A stretch of DNA of 64,000 nt, taken from NCBI GenBank assembly GCA_014729085.1, contig WJKM01000016.1, forward strand, positions 36,598-100,597. Direction: 5' to 3'. The notes beneath the pieces were generated by a model that saw nothing but the letters and a program-made list of their open reading frames with translations, was not told where the DNA came from and searched no databases. Below, piece after piece: positions 50,557 through 60,537 of this stretch. This DNA comes from Candidatus Dojkabacteria bacterium. GTDB taxonomy: Bacteria; Patescibacteriota; Dojkabacteria; B142; WJKM01. The first letter of the stretch is position 1. The number at the start of each line of letters is the position of its first letter. A program made the translations under genes and the position numbers.

Positions 50557-51189
50557 TTATTTCAAAACATCAATATCTCCAGTTTTTTTATCTATGTGAA
50601 TTTGAAATTCATATTTTAGGACAAAGCATTCATTTGTACATAGTTCATGCTCAGCTTGATAAGATGCTTTATAGATATTTTGATTCTCTATTTCATTAGA
50701 AAGGCAGATCGTTGCTCCTAGATGTTGATATGTTTGGATTACTCCGCTTCTAATTAAGAATTCAGAAACTTCTCGAGGAGTGAGTTCTTTGAATTCGAGT
50801 TCCTTGTAAGTTCCAATTCTTGTTTTCTCCATTTTGTCGCCTGTTACATTTGTGACTTTGAGTTTTTCAAAATAGTTAAAATTTATATATACTTCGTTCT
50901 CATTAAATGTTTTTATAAATAATAAAGGTCCTTTGTTCAAAGTTTTATTATAAGGTTTGTCAAGTGAAGAAGTTTTTATCCCTAGTTGAGAAACGGAGTC
51001 TCTTACTTCTCCTTTTTTTATAAAAGAGACGCTTTTATTTGTTACTTCATAAGTTTCTATACAGTCATTAAACCAATTTTGATCCTTTTGCATTGATCTG
51101 AAGATTACGAAACCAGCTACTCCAGATATGGTTAAGCACATTAGAAGTAAGAAAATTATTATGAAAACTAAGAATTTATTTTTTTTCAT
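50557..51189 (-). CDS. hypothetical membrane-anchored protein
   Basis: Basic N-terminus plus TM. Confidence 0.6.
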   Translation of the reverse strand: MKKNKFLVFIIIFLLLMCLTISGVAGFVIFRSMQKDQNWFNDCIETYEVTNKSVSFIKKGEVRDSVSQLGIKTSSLDKPYNKTLNKGPLLFIKTFNENEVYINFNYFEKLKVTNVTGDKMEKTRIGTYKELEFKELTPREVSEFLIRSGVIQTYQHLGATICLSNEIENQNIYKASYQAEHELCTNECFVLKYEFQIHIDKKTGDIDVLK

Positions 51190-51478
51190 ATTTAATTCTA
51201 TTTAGATCCTAATTTTATTTCTAAGAACATCAATTCTAAATATTATAACACCAATTTTAAAAATAGCAGATATTAATACTATAGATTTTTATATTTATTT
51301 CTAATCTAACTCTTTTATTGTATTTAATTTTTGGTGAATAATTATTAATATTGAATTTATTTGTTGCAACCTTTGGGTTTTAAGTATTTATATTGCTTGG
51401 CAGGATAATTGGTAGATTGTAGAAATAATGTTGATTAGCTTTATATTTAATAGTTATAATAATTAAAATTCACCTAAA

Positions 51479-51691
51479 ATATCTTGCCAAAAAAAGAAAG
51501 ATCTCCCAGATTCAATAACAAGCAATTTACCTCAGCATGCTTCAGAAATATGAAAGGAGTCGTTTAATAGTGTTTGGGATGAGTATAAGGATTATGGAGA
51601 TATAAAATGAAATGATGAGAGGGAAACAACAGCAGTGAAAATTGCTTGGAGTATAGTAAAGAGAGAGTTTAAAAAGGTTGATGCATTCTAG
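51479..51691 (+). pseudogene. chaB: ChaB-family pseudogene
   Basis: DLPDSITSNLPQHASEI*KESFNSVWDEY...RETTAVKIAWSIVKREF; two TGA stops; ATA where ATG is expected. Confidence 0.85.
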
Positions 51692-51725
51692 ATTCACATT
51701 TCGTTGCACTTACGTTCATCAAGAA

Positions 51726-51797
51726 AGCGAGCAACGGGAATCGAACCCGTATCCTCAGTTTGGAAAACTGATATAATAGCCGTTATACTATGCTCGC
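51726..51797 (-). tRNA. tRNA-Gly(TCC)
   Basis: GCGAGCA/TGCTCGC acceptor, TCAGT-TTTCCAA-ACTGA anticodon arm, GGTTCGATTCC. Confidence 0.95.
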
Positions 51798-51902
51798 GTG
51801 TTTTCTTGTTAAAATACGTCAAATATTATACTTAGATTAACACAAATTCTCAAGAATTTGATACAATTATTAAGCAAATTTGAAAATATAATAGAAATTA
51901 TT

Positions 51903-52090
51903 TACGGAGCGTAGTTCAGTTGGCCTGCCCGACTGAGGTGAGTAGTTTAATAATAAATAATGTCGTTCAGGCGGGCCTGCCCGACTGAGGTGAGTAGTTT
52001 AATAATAAATAATGTCGTTCAGGCGGGCCTGCCCGACTGAGGTGAGTAATTCAATAATAAATAATGTCGTTCAGGCGGGCTAGAACGCAC
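51903..52090 (+). repeat. duplicated 5' part of tRNA-Pro, split by the tandem array
   Basis: TACGGAGCGTAGTTCAGTTGG (51903-51923) + CTAGAACGCAC (52080-52090) equals 52340-52371. Confidence 0.92.
51924..52079 (+). repeat. three tandem 52-bp hairpin-forming (REP/MITE-like) units
   Basis: CCTGCCCGAC-(AT-rich 28 nt)-GTCGTTCAGGCGGG at 51924, 51976 and 52028; units 1 and 2 identical, unit 3 has two substitutions. Confidence 0.95.
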
Positions 52091-52100
52091 AAGAAGTTAT

Positions 52101-52364
52101 ATGTATTATGTATACTTATTGATAAATAAGAAAAAGAGTTACAAATACGTTGGTATTACTAAAGATATTAAGAAAAGATTAAGAGATCATAACCAAGGAA
52201 AGACCAGATCTACAAAACCATATAGACCATTTGATAAAATAATAATTTTAGATAAATTAGAAAGTCGAAAAGAAGCAAGAGAAAGAGAGAAATATTTTAA
52301 GTCTGCAACAGGAAGAAAGAAAAGAGAATTAATATTAAATACGGAGCGTAGTTCAGTTGGCTAG
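52101..52364 (+). CDS. small GIY-YIG nuclease
   Basis: YYVYLL...YVGIT..IKKRLRDHNQG..STK.YRP..EAREREKYFKS..GR; stop codon lies inside tRNA-Pro. Confidence 0.92.
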   Translation: MYYVYLLINKKKSYKYVGITKDIKKRLRDHNQGKTRSTKPYRPFDKIIILDKLESRKEAREREKYFKSATGRKKRELILNTERSSVG

Positions 52365-52415
52365 AACGCACGGTTTGGGACCGTGAGGTCATCGGTTCAA
52401 GTCCGATCGCTCCGA
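52342..52415 (+). tRNA. tRNA-Pro(TGG)
   Basis: CGGAGCG/CGCTCCG acceptor, CACGG-TTTGGGA-CCGTG anticodon arm, GGTTCAAGTCC. Confidence 0.96.
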
Positions 52416-52616
52416 CTTTTGTCTTTAAAATTCCCAAAACCCTATCCACTGCAAGGTGTATTTTTAATATTTGTCTCCCTCCAACGAATCACTCACCCAA
52501 CAAAATTTCCTATGTATATATATGATTTATCACCGTTTACAGTACTATGTGCGTGAAAATAAGTCATAAAAATGTTAAGATCAAGTATCCATAAATTGAT
52601 ATCAAATTACGAAAAA

Positions 52617-52775
52617 ATGAGCATAGAAAATATTGGCTATAATATAAAGAACATACGTATAGAAAAGGGATTGACTCAGGAGGATTTAGCAAGAAAAGCA
52701 GATATTCCGTTGTCTACGATAAGTAAGATTGAAAGTGGGGTGTTCAGGATTGTAATAATTATTTATGCTCTTTAA
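52617..52775 (+). CDS. XRE-family HTH protein, probably C-terminally truncated
   Basis: IGYNIKNIRIEKGLTQEDLARKADIPLSTISKIESG then an early stop. Confidence 0.7.
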   Translation: MSIENIGYNIKNIRIEKGLTQEDLARKADIPLSTISKIESGVFRIVIIIYAL

Positions 52776-52829
52776 ATGAATAGTAAAAAATGATTACAGT
52801 AAAAGTTAGAGATAAATCTAATAGTTGAC

Positions 52830-54713
52830 TTGAAAAGTATATATATTAAATTAATCTGTAAAGAAATTATACAAAAAATGGAGATGTTTAAAGAAATCAA
52901 AAATAGTCTTTTTAGAAATGGTAATAAGTTAGAAGATAACGAATCCTTTTCAATCAAAAAGGCTACAATTGGGAGTAAGGATATAAAGCTATCACCGAAC
53001 TCTATTGTGATTATTACAGGAGAGAATGGTGCAGGAAAGACTACATTATTAAACGAAATAAGTCGAAGTATCAAAACTAAGATTGAAGGAAAAATACTTA
53101 CATCCGTAGAATTAAATGACGTAAAACCATCGAATCTTGAGACCTATTTTTCACATAGGTTTTCTAGTAGATATTCTTCTGATTGGGGGGAATTCTGGGT
53201 ATATAAAGGAGGAGCGATTGCAAAAAAGGATATTGAAGCCTATTCTAACAATCCCTCAGATAAATATCTGACCACTGTAATAGAAGATACCAGTATAGAA
53301 AAAAATTTTAGTATTCAAGATAAAAATGTGCAAGATATAATTGAAAATTTTAAAGTTGAGTTTTTAGATACCACTAGTCGTTTAGAAATAACCCTCCCAA
53401 AAGATCGGTATGATATGAATAGTAATGAAACCTCTGAACACATTCATATATTACAAAAAGATAAAGAATTACTTGAGAATGTATCAGAAGCAATGAGGAA
53501 AACTTTCGGGAAAGGTATAGTTATTAATCAAGGTGGATCAAAGAAAGTATGGTTTCATTACGGTGAAATTACATCAAAGAATATTTCACCCATAAGTTCA
53601 GATTACCTAACTAAATTAAATAAACTTCCTTTATTACATCAACAAGGAGATGGTATCAAAGCTTTCATGGGAATTCTTTTATCTCTTTATTGTGGTAAAA
53701 CCCCATATTTATTTATAGATGAGCCAGATTTGTTTCTTCATCCCCCACAAGCAAGGCAACTTGGAGAATTGGTTGCTACAAGTGCATCATCGGAGAATAA
53801 AAATAGACAAATATTCCTAGCTACTCATTCAAAAGATTTTATTGAAGGGCTTATTAACACAGGTAGTAATGTGACTCTTGTCCGCCTTGGAGAAAAAAAC
53901 TCAAAAGGAGACGTTACGATTTATGAATCGAACAAATTAAAAAACATAGGGTCACGCGATTTCCTTAAATTTAGTGAATCAATAAATGGTCTCTTTTATA
54001 AAGGTATAGTATTATGCGAGGGAGGCGATGACTTAACATATTATAAATTCATCTCAAAGCTATATTACAAAGAAAAGAATCTTCCATTATCTAAAGAGCT
54101 ATTTTTTATTAATTGTGGAGGTAAAAGTGAGATTGTTAAATATGCCAATCTTTTAAGAGAGTTAGACATTAATTTCTCAATAATATTTGATATTGATATA
54201 CTTCGAAGTAAAGATTTACTAAAAAAACTAAGGAATTTATATATAGAATTTCCTTCAACTAAGGAAATAAATAAAACAGTCGCTGAACTAGAAAAGAAAG
54301 CATATGAAAAAATTAATAAAACACTAAACTTTGATTCACTAAAAAAGCTTGTTAAAAAATTTCATGATTCAATAGACCAAGAAAAGATGCCAGATAAGAA
54401 AGATGTCGAAGATTTTAATAAATTTATAGGAAACAAACGAAAATGGAAAGTTATAAAAGGATCAGGTAGTACAATTTTAACAGGCCACTCGATTACCGAT
54501 TGGCAAAAACTTATTGAAAATTTCAAGAAATTAGGTATTTTTATAGTACCAGTTGGAGAATTGGAATCTTGGGATAAAAAAGCTGGTAGTAAAAATAGTT
54601 CTAATTGGATTGAAAATGCTATTGATGGGAAAGATGAAGAATTTCTCGAAAAAAATAAAGAGCTAAATAAATTCATAAAGTACTTATTCCAATTTCATGA
54701 GATAGTGGAATAA
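52830..54713 (+). CDS. OLD-family ABC ATPase plus TOPRIM nuclease
   Basis: GENGAGKTT, QGDG, IDEPDLFLHP, ATHS, LCEGGDD, IFDID. Confidence 0.85.
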   Translation: MKSIYIKLICKEIIQKMEMFKEIKNSLFRNGNKLEDNESFSIKKATIGSKDIKLSPNSIVIITGENGAGKTTLLNEISRSIKTKIEGKILTSVELNDVKPSNLETYFSHRFSSRYSSDWGEFWVYKGGAIAKKDIEAYSNNPSDKYLTTVIEDTSIEKNFSIQDKNVQDIIENFKVEFLDTTSRLEITLPKDRYDMNSNETSEHIHILQKDKELLENVSEAMRKTFGKGIVINQGGSKKVWFHYGEITSKNISPISSDYLTKLNKLPLLHQQGDGIKAFMGILLSLYCGKTPYLFIDEPDLFLHPPQARQLGELVATSASSENKNRQIFLATHSKDFIEGLINTGSNVTLVRLGEKNSKGDVTIYESNKLKNIGSRDFLKFSESINGLFYKGIVLCEGGDDLTYYKFISKLYYKEKNLPLSKELFFINCGGKSEIVKYANLLRELDINFSIIFDIDILRSKDLLKKLRNLYIEFPSTKEINKTVAELEKKAYEKINKTLNFDSLKKLVKKFHDSIDQEKMPDKKDVEDFNKFIGNKRKWKVIKGSGSTILTGHSITDWQKLIENFKKLGIFIVPVGELESWDKKAGSKNSSNWIENAIDGKDEEFLEKNKELNKFIKYLFQFHEIVE

Positions 54714-55378
54714 AATATATCTAAACAGATAATTAAGAGGTCTAGTTATTGAGAAAGTTTATTCATATACATAGATAAATTACCTAGTACGTAACATATT
54801 GATTAAACCTCCTCTCAAAATTAAACCACATCTCAATAGGCGAGAAGATAGACCAATAATCCAGTTTCGTAAGCATGACCCTCAGCTCCGATCAGATGCT
54901 ACAAAATCCCATTATATCGAGCTAACCACATGTGTCACGCCTATACATCTAATTATATATTTTTCATAAAAGTGCTAGTAAATACACATTATTTATCAAA
55001 ATGAACAAAAAACTATCTATACGAAAAAAGAGAAACTTTAAAATTATGGAGCTCTTATTTGCAATAGAACTAATACCTTCAAATTTTCTATATATTGCAA
55101 TAAGTACAATTGTTAGGTGAGGAGATGGCAACAACCTCGTTCAAGAGTATTACATTGATTCCTCTTTGATATTCTGAAATCTCAGGAATTTGTGGAGTAT
55201 TATCCTTTTCGTATCTTTTCTACATGATGCTATATGACTATTTTAAAAATTCTCTCACCCGAAGATTGCTTTATAGTATATCTTTTTTTGGGGGGGGTAA
55301 TACTGTCATTTAGATTTTTTACAAAAAATTTTATGAAATACACAAGTGATTACATTCTAATAACGTATCTAACTTAAC

Positions 55379-55407
55379 TTGACAAACAGGGAAGTGAAGT
55401 ATAGTAT
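55379..55407 (+). promoter_or_regulatory. sigma70 promoter
   Basis: TTGACA-N17-TAGTAT upstream of the DUF2341 ORF. Confidence 0.65.
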
Positions 55408-55439
55408 ATTTATTGTAGATTGCAGGAATTTCATAAGCT

Positions 55440-57530
55440 ATAATTAAGACACTCATAAAAACAATAAATAATAAAAAAAAGACCATAACACTTTTAATAA
55501 TATCGGCCGTCGCTTTAATTTCTATTTATTCGCTGTGGTACATATCTAATCATAATGTTGCACCCAAAGACTCTAATGCATCAACAGAAAACCTTGAACG
55601 AAACTGGTTATATAAAAAATCAATAACTATTGACAATCCCACCTCAACAGAAGTTAACGACTACGCATTAAAGGTTAATTTATCTGATATACAAAAGTAT
55701 CTTAAGTCAGATTGTGGAGACTTAAGATTTACTGATAGTAATAACAATATATTAAATTATTGGATAAGAAAATGTGATGATTCAGGAGTTATTGCTCATG
55801 TAAAGGTTGATCTGAAAGCAGACAAAAATACTGATCCAATAAATGTTTATTATGGGAATAATTCTGCTGAAAGCAAATCTAATGGGAAAATGACATTTGA
55901 TTACTTTGAAGACTTTGACAACTTTAACCCTACTGTAAAATTCGGATTAATAACAGATTTACATCATGACACCAATAATAAGAATTATTGGAAAGGCATG
56001 GACTTAGAAAAACAATACCTCATGAACGCACGTCCAAAGTTACGTAACTTTATCAACAGTATGAATAATTGGGAAGCTAACTTTATAGTAAATCTTGGTG
56101 ACTTTATTACAGCAGAAAATTATAATACGCATTATGGTGGATTGGCTATTAATGAATCAGTAGAATTACCTGAACAAGCATTCAAGGCTTTACAGGAAAT
56201 GGAGAATGAGTACCAGAAATTCGATGGTAATAGATATTATGTTCATAGCAACCATGAATTTTATAACTTGAGCCTGTCCGATATACATGGGAAGAATCAC
56301 ATATTGTGTAGTAAAAATCCAGAATTGCCCTGCGGTATTGGTGGTCAGGGAGCAACATTAAACCAATCTAATGGCATTAACCAATCATATTATTCATTTG
56401 ATAGAGGAGGCGTTCATTTCGTGCTAATTGACTTACAATATAAGCCTCATACAAATATTCACAGAGGCCCTGAAGGTGAATCCGATTATGGAATCAACTA
56501 CATGAATAAAGATCAATTGAACTGGCTTAAAAATGACTTATCTGATACAAGAAGTCCAATAATCATTTTTTCTCCTACAAGAATTGATGATACTGATTAT
56601 CTCTCCGATGAAGAATGCGACACATCAGATATTATTGAATATTGTACGAACTATGAAGAAAATCCTTCCCTTGCTACAAGTCAATGTAAGGATTTTTATC
56701 AATATAGAAATGTAGTCAATAAAGACGAAATTCAGTCAGTAATAGCAGATAATAATGATAGAGTCCTAGCGGTTTTCCAGGGAAATGAACATTTAAATAC
56801 AAGAGCGATTCAGGACGGGGTACACTACATTACAGTGAATGCTGCTGATCAGGAAAACACCTGGTTCGTAAATTACCTGAAAGTTGAAATTGATCCAGTA
56901 TCCAAACTTATTTCAGTTATTAGTGGTAATTCTCCTCAAAGTACTTATTCAATAACTTATAACGATGGCTATATGGAATTGAAAAATAACACAGAAGCAA
57001 CCTATTTACCATCATTACTACCAACAAAGAATCACTTGGAAGACGACATGATCGTAGAAGCCGAATGGGAAATAACAAATAATAATGCTAATACAGGCAA
57101 ACAGTTTGCAATAGGCTATTGGAGAGATGCGGATTTTTTAAAAATTAGACATAGGTGTGCCACAACTCCAAGACCGCGAGAATATACACTCACAAGTGTA
57201 CGTAAATTGGATTCATATTATATGGGAGAAGGTTTTGGTGTTGAAACAGTTATTAACTCGAAAAGTTACAAAAATTCAATAGATTTAAAAAATACTGCTG
57301 ATTCTGGTCATCTGTGGTTGCATTACTCCAATGATACACTCAAATCTTGGTTCAGGTCTTCCCAAGGGGGAGGATTTCTTGGCGAGAATAAATACCCACA
57401 TATTCCTAAAGATGTTCTTTATCCCGGTGCTTGGGTCTTTAATAAAACTAATGCCAAGGTTGATTATTTTATTGTTCGTAAAACGGTTCAAGACGAAAAC
57501 AATGAAGAACCTCTTGGCTCATTGAATTAA
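55440..57530 (+). CDS. membrane-anchored DUF2341-like plus metallophosphoesterase protein (extends about 450 bp upstream of the track ORF; ATA/ATT start)
   Basis: Frame open from 55437; TM; WLYKKSITI, DCGDLRFTD, LNYWI, YYGN; then DLH, LGD, SNHE. Confidence 0.75.
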   Translation: MIKTLIKTINNKKKTITLLIISAVALISIYSLWYISNHNVAPKDSNASTENLERNWLYKKSITIDNPTSTEVNDYALKVNLSDIQKYLKSDCGDLRFTDSNNNILNYWIRKCDDSGVIAHVKVDLKADKNTDPINVYYGNNSAESKSNGKMTFDYFEDFDNFNPTVKFGLITDLHHDTNNKNYWKGMDLEKQYLMNARPKLRNFINSMNNWEANFIVNLGDFITAENYNTHYGGLAINESVELPEQAFKALQEMENEYQKFDGNRYYVHSNHEFYNLSLSDIHGKNHILCSKNPELPCGIGGQGATLNQSNGINQSYYSFDRGGVHFVLIDLQYKPHTNIHRGPEGESDYGINYMNKDQLNWLKNDLSDTRSPIIIFSPTRIDDTDYLSDEECDTSDIIEYCTNYEENPSLATSQCKDFYQYRNVVNKDEIQSVIADNNDRVLAVFQGNEHLNTRAIQDGVHYITVNAADQENTWFVNYLKVEIDPVSKLISVISGNSPQSTYSITYNDGYMELKNNTEATYLPSLLPTKNHLEDDMIVEAEWEITNNNANTGKQFAIGYWRDADFLKIRHRCATTPRPREYTLTSVRKLDSYYMGEGFGVETVINSKSYKNSIDLKNTADSGHLWLHYSNDTLKSWFRSSQGGGFLGENKYPHIPKDVLYPGAWVFNKTNAKVDYFIVRKTVQDENNEEPLGSLN

Positions 57531-57703
57531 CTAATAATTTTCAAATCGGATATCGATGATTACATATGATAAACTACTATCACTACTAAATTAGTTGCAC
57601 ATTTTTTTGCAAAACCCAACTTAAACTATAGGACTAGTCAGATAGGGAAAAAGCTCTGTTTGATACAATCAAATATGATTTTAAGAAAAAGTCGAAATCG
57701 GAT

Positions 57704-58207
57704 ATGTATAATATAAAAAAATCCTCATCTTAAAATATTAATTGCCATAGCTCTGTTTCTACTAGTTTACTTTTTATATCCTGTTAAAGTCGAATGTGGC
57801 TATCCTAATGCTGAATGCGATAAAACACCAAATGAAGATAAACTTGTTGAGATTAAATCAGATATTGAGCCCAGGTTTATATTTCTAATTGAGAGATGGC
57901 TTAAAAAGATACGTTAATTAAGTATAAAACTATTATTGATGAATATGATGCATTCCTCTTTTGGGAGAAAGGAAACATGATTTCTAAGGAGGACGTAACA
58001 AATGAACTAGAAATGTTTGGAAGTATAGACAGAGATACAATGTATATTTTATTTGGGGTTCCAGATGATGAATATATTAATAATGGAGTTACTTATATTT
58101 ATAAACAGGCGGATGGATCGATAGTTATGTTCGTTTTTGACAATGATATGAAGGATGCTGAAGTTCTCCACGTAAGAAAAGATGGTTTTGAAGAGACTTG
58201 GAATTAA
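57704..58207 (+). pseudogene. frameshifted hypothetical membrane protein
   Basis: Coding-like pieces (LKILIAIALFLLVYF..., KDTLIKY...WEKGNMISKED) join by shifts at A-runs near 57720 and 57905. Confidence 0.45.
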
Positions 58208-58502
58208 AAACCTAATGAAATATCTGTCAAAAATCCCCACTTATATTCCAGCTCTTCTATATGTGCTAAAATATCGTTGAGTAATTTGGAAATGTGTTCA
58301 TCTGCCCGCCTCTGGAGGGTAATGCGTCCAGTACCTCCGATTTTACTATCCAATCAAAAAGTTTCTACTTTCAATCGCAACCCCTTTTTCCAGCATCGAA
58401 GGATTTGAATTTTTATCTGATATTTATTTTCTACTATCATTTAATACGAGTTCTTTTAAGCTACTTCTACATATTCAAATTAAATCCTGATAAAATTAAT
58501 AT

Positions 58503-58941
58503 ATGGATGATGATAAGAAATGCGTAAAAATGGCTATAGATCTAGCTATTAAGTCCTACAACAAAGGAGTCTTTCCTTCCGGAGCGCTACTTGTATGCAA
58601 CGAGAAAATTATTTCCGAACATCTTGCTTCTTCCTCTTTAAATGCTCATCACCATTCTAATTCAAAGTGTATGGATGAAGCAGTAGAGATGCTTGGGAAA
58701 AAATTAGAAGGATGCCCTTTTATTCTTCTATGGAGCCTTGTGTTATGTGTCTGGTAAAAGCATATTGGTGTGGTTTAAGGCGTTCAGTTTTTGCAGTAAG
58801 TAAAAAAGTGCACTTCCAATAAAGTATTGTTACATAACTAGCCAAAGCAATAAAGAGCTGATGGAAGGATTTAATGAAGAGATAGAGATGAGCCGCATTG
58901 AGGAATTGGAAGGCGAAATATTGCCAACAATTTTAAATTAG
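58503..58941 (+). pseudogene. nucleoside/tRNA deaminase pseudogene
   Basis: MAIDLA..PSGALLV in one frame, YSSMEPCVMC..AYW in another; HAE motif degraded. Confidence 0.8.
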
Positions 58942-58999
58942 ATAAAAGGCATACAGACAAAAAGCTAATCATCATACAGATTTTATATTAATTTTTATA

Positions 59000-59554
59000 G
59001 TGACTTATATGACAGAAAAAACATATGAGAATAAAAAGAAATATTTAATAATTATAGGCATTGGCTTTGCGGTTTTGTGTCTGTGTATTTTTTCGATAAT
59101 TGGAATTTTTTACAAAATAAGTGGCTGGGGTAAGTGCAGATTGGGCGAACAATTGTATCTTAAAGGATCCATAAATGAGACATGTGCAAGAATTGGTACA
59201 AAAATAGATCCTCTTCCTGATTCTTCTGCAGGGAAACTGACAATAACAGTGACTCCATGGACGGGGTGGGACGATGGAGCGCTTGACCAGGAGGTTTTTA
59301 CATACAAAATATCATCTGCAGATGATTATGAACTGCCTGAATTGGAGAAATTCAAAATCATAAAGCACAACAAATCCGAAATAGAAATAAAGATTGATAA
59401 TTTAGCAGTTAAACAAGGAGCTGATTTGGACAAAACAGGAATTAACCTGAATGACTGTAAGGTTCAGACAGTAACTATTAAAAAAGGTGAGAGGATAGAA
59501 GCAGATACCTGCACAATGGATGGAGGAGTGAATTGGGAGATTAAGTATGAGTAA
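59000..59554 (+). CDS. hypothetical membrane-anchored protein
   Basis: KKK plus TM, Cys pairs. Confidence 0.6.
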   Translation: MTYMTEKTYENKKKYLIIIGIGFAVLCLCIFSIIGIFYKISGWGKCRLGEQLYLKGSINETCARIGTKIDPLPDSSAGKLTITVTPWTGWDDGALDQEVFTYKISSADDYELPELEKFKIIKHNKSEIEIKIDNLAVKQGADLDKTGINLNDCKVQTVTIKKGERIEADTCTMDGGVNWEIKYE

Positions 59555-59631
59555 AAATAATCATTAGTGGTAAATAAAAGTTTCTCTCTTCATTCTAATC
59601 GAGTCAAACAATTTTTATTAGTATTCAAATT

Positions 59632-60255
59632 TTGATTAAAAGAAAAAAGGAAGAACGATTTTCTAAAAAAGTATTCACAAATGAGCAGTCTTCATTTATC
59701 AGCACTCCTGAATATGTTGCTGAACATGTTGTTGATACAATTCTTGGTTTGGGAGATTTTAGGTCAGCTGTTGAACTTTGTAGTTGTGTTGGCTCTACAT
59801 GTATTCAGCTGGGCAGACACCTTGATAAGGTTGTTGGGATAGAAATTGATGAGGATAGAGTAGTTATGGCCAGGAAAAATGCAATACTGTACGGTGTAGA
59901 TAATGTGCAGTTTATTAGGGGAGATGTTTTGGACATTAAACTATTAAAATCAATTAATGCTGATATTGCATTTCTTGATCCGGGCTGGTCTACAAGGCTG
60001 ATGGATAGATCAAGTCATGTATCAGATATCGATTCAACCAATCCCAGCCTAAGGAAGATGTTTGATTTGACTAAAAGACACATAACTGAAAATATCATCG
60101 CCAGAATACCTGCTACATTTAACTTCGGGACTTTGAAAGAACTGGGGAAGTGTAGATTAGAAAATATAATAATCAATAATGAACTTGTTTTTAAGTTTGC
60201 ATATTTTATTGGCGAATATAAAAGATGTGAAGAAGAGGATGTTGTGTTTGAATAA
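59632..60255 (+). CDS. class I SAM methyltransferase, Tgs1-like (copy B)
   Basis: 207 aa, colinear with 48763-49386; ELCSCVGSTCIQL, LDPGWSTR. Confidence 0.8.
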   Translation: MIKRKKEERFSKKVFTNEQSSFISTPEYVAEHVVDTILGLGDFRSAVELCSCVGSTCIQLGRHLDKVVGIEIDEDRVVMARKNAILYGVDNVQFIRGDVLDIKLLKSINADIAFLDPGWSTRLMDRSSHVSDIDSTNPSLRKMFDLTKRHITENIIARIPATFNFGTLKELGKCRLENIIINNELVFKFAYFIGEYKRCEEEDVVFE

Positions 60256-60287
60256 ATTTTGATTGGTTTAAAAATATGTGATTAATA

Positions 60288-60533
60288 ATGGGAAAATAAA
60301 ATTAATAATATTTGATTGGGATGATGTTTTTACTCTTGGTTCCACAGAAGGTTATCTTAACTATTATCATTAAACATTAGTTGATCTAGGAGTAGAGCTG
60401 ATTCCAAAGAGGAAAAAAGACGTGTCTTTTACCTGTACTTTCTGGACATCTTAACAGAACTGAAGCAGAATCTTTAAGGGTAGAGCACATCATTCCAGAC
60501 GTTACATCTATTGAAGATTTGATAAATAAATAA
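60288..60533 (+). pseudogene. HAD-family hydrolase remnant
   Basis: KLIIFDWDDVFTLGS then a stop; C-terminal piece VLSGHL...EHIIPDVTSIE; middle missing. Confidence 0.65.
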
Positions 60534-60537
60534 CTTA

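Noticed and set aside
51479-51691. TGA recoding (code 4 or 25) suggested by two in-frame TGA in chaB
   Set aside because: Conserved genes have no internal TGA, several genes end in TGA, and chaB also lost its start, so it is a pseudogene.
51924-52079. CRISPR array
   Set aside because: Units are head-to-tail and almost identical, with no unique spacers and no cas genes in the window.
52830-54713. Gabija system
   Set aside because: No UvrD-like GajB gene is adjacent.
58294-58527. 77-aa ORF
   Set aside because: Low-complexity composition, no motif, lies in a decaying region.
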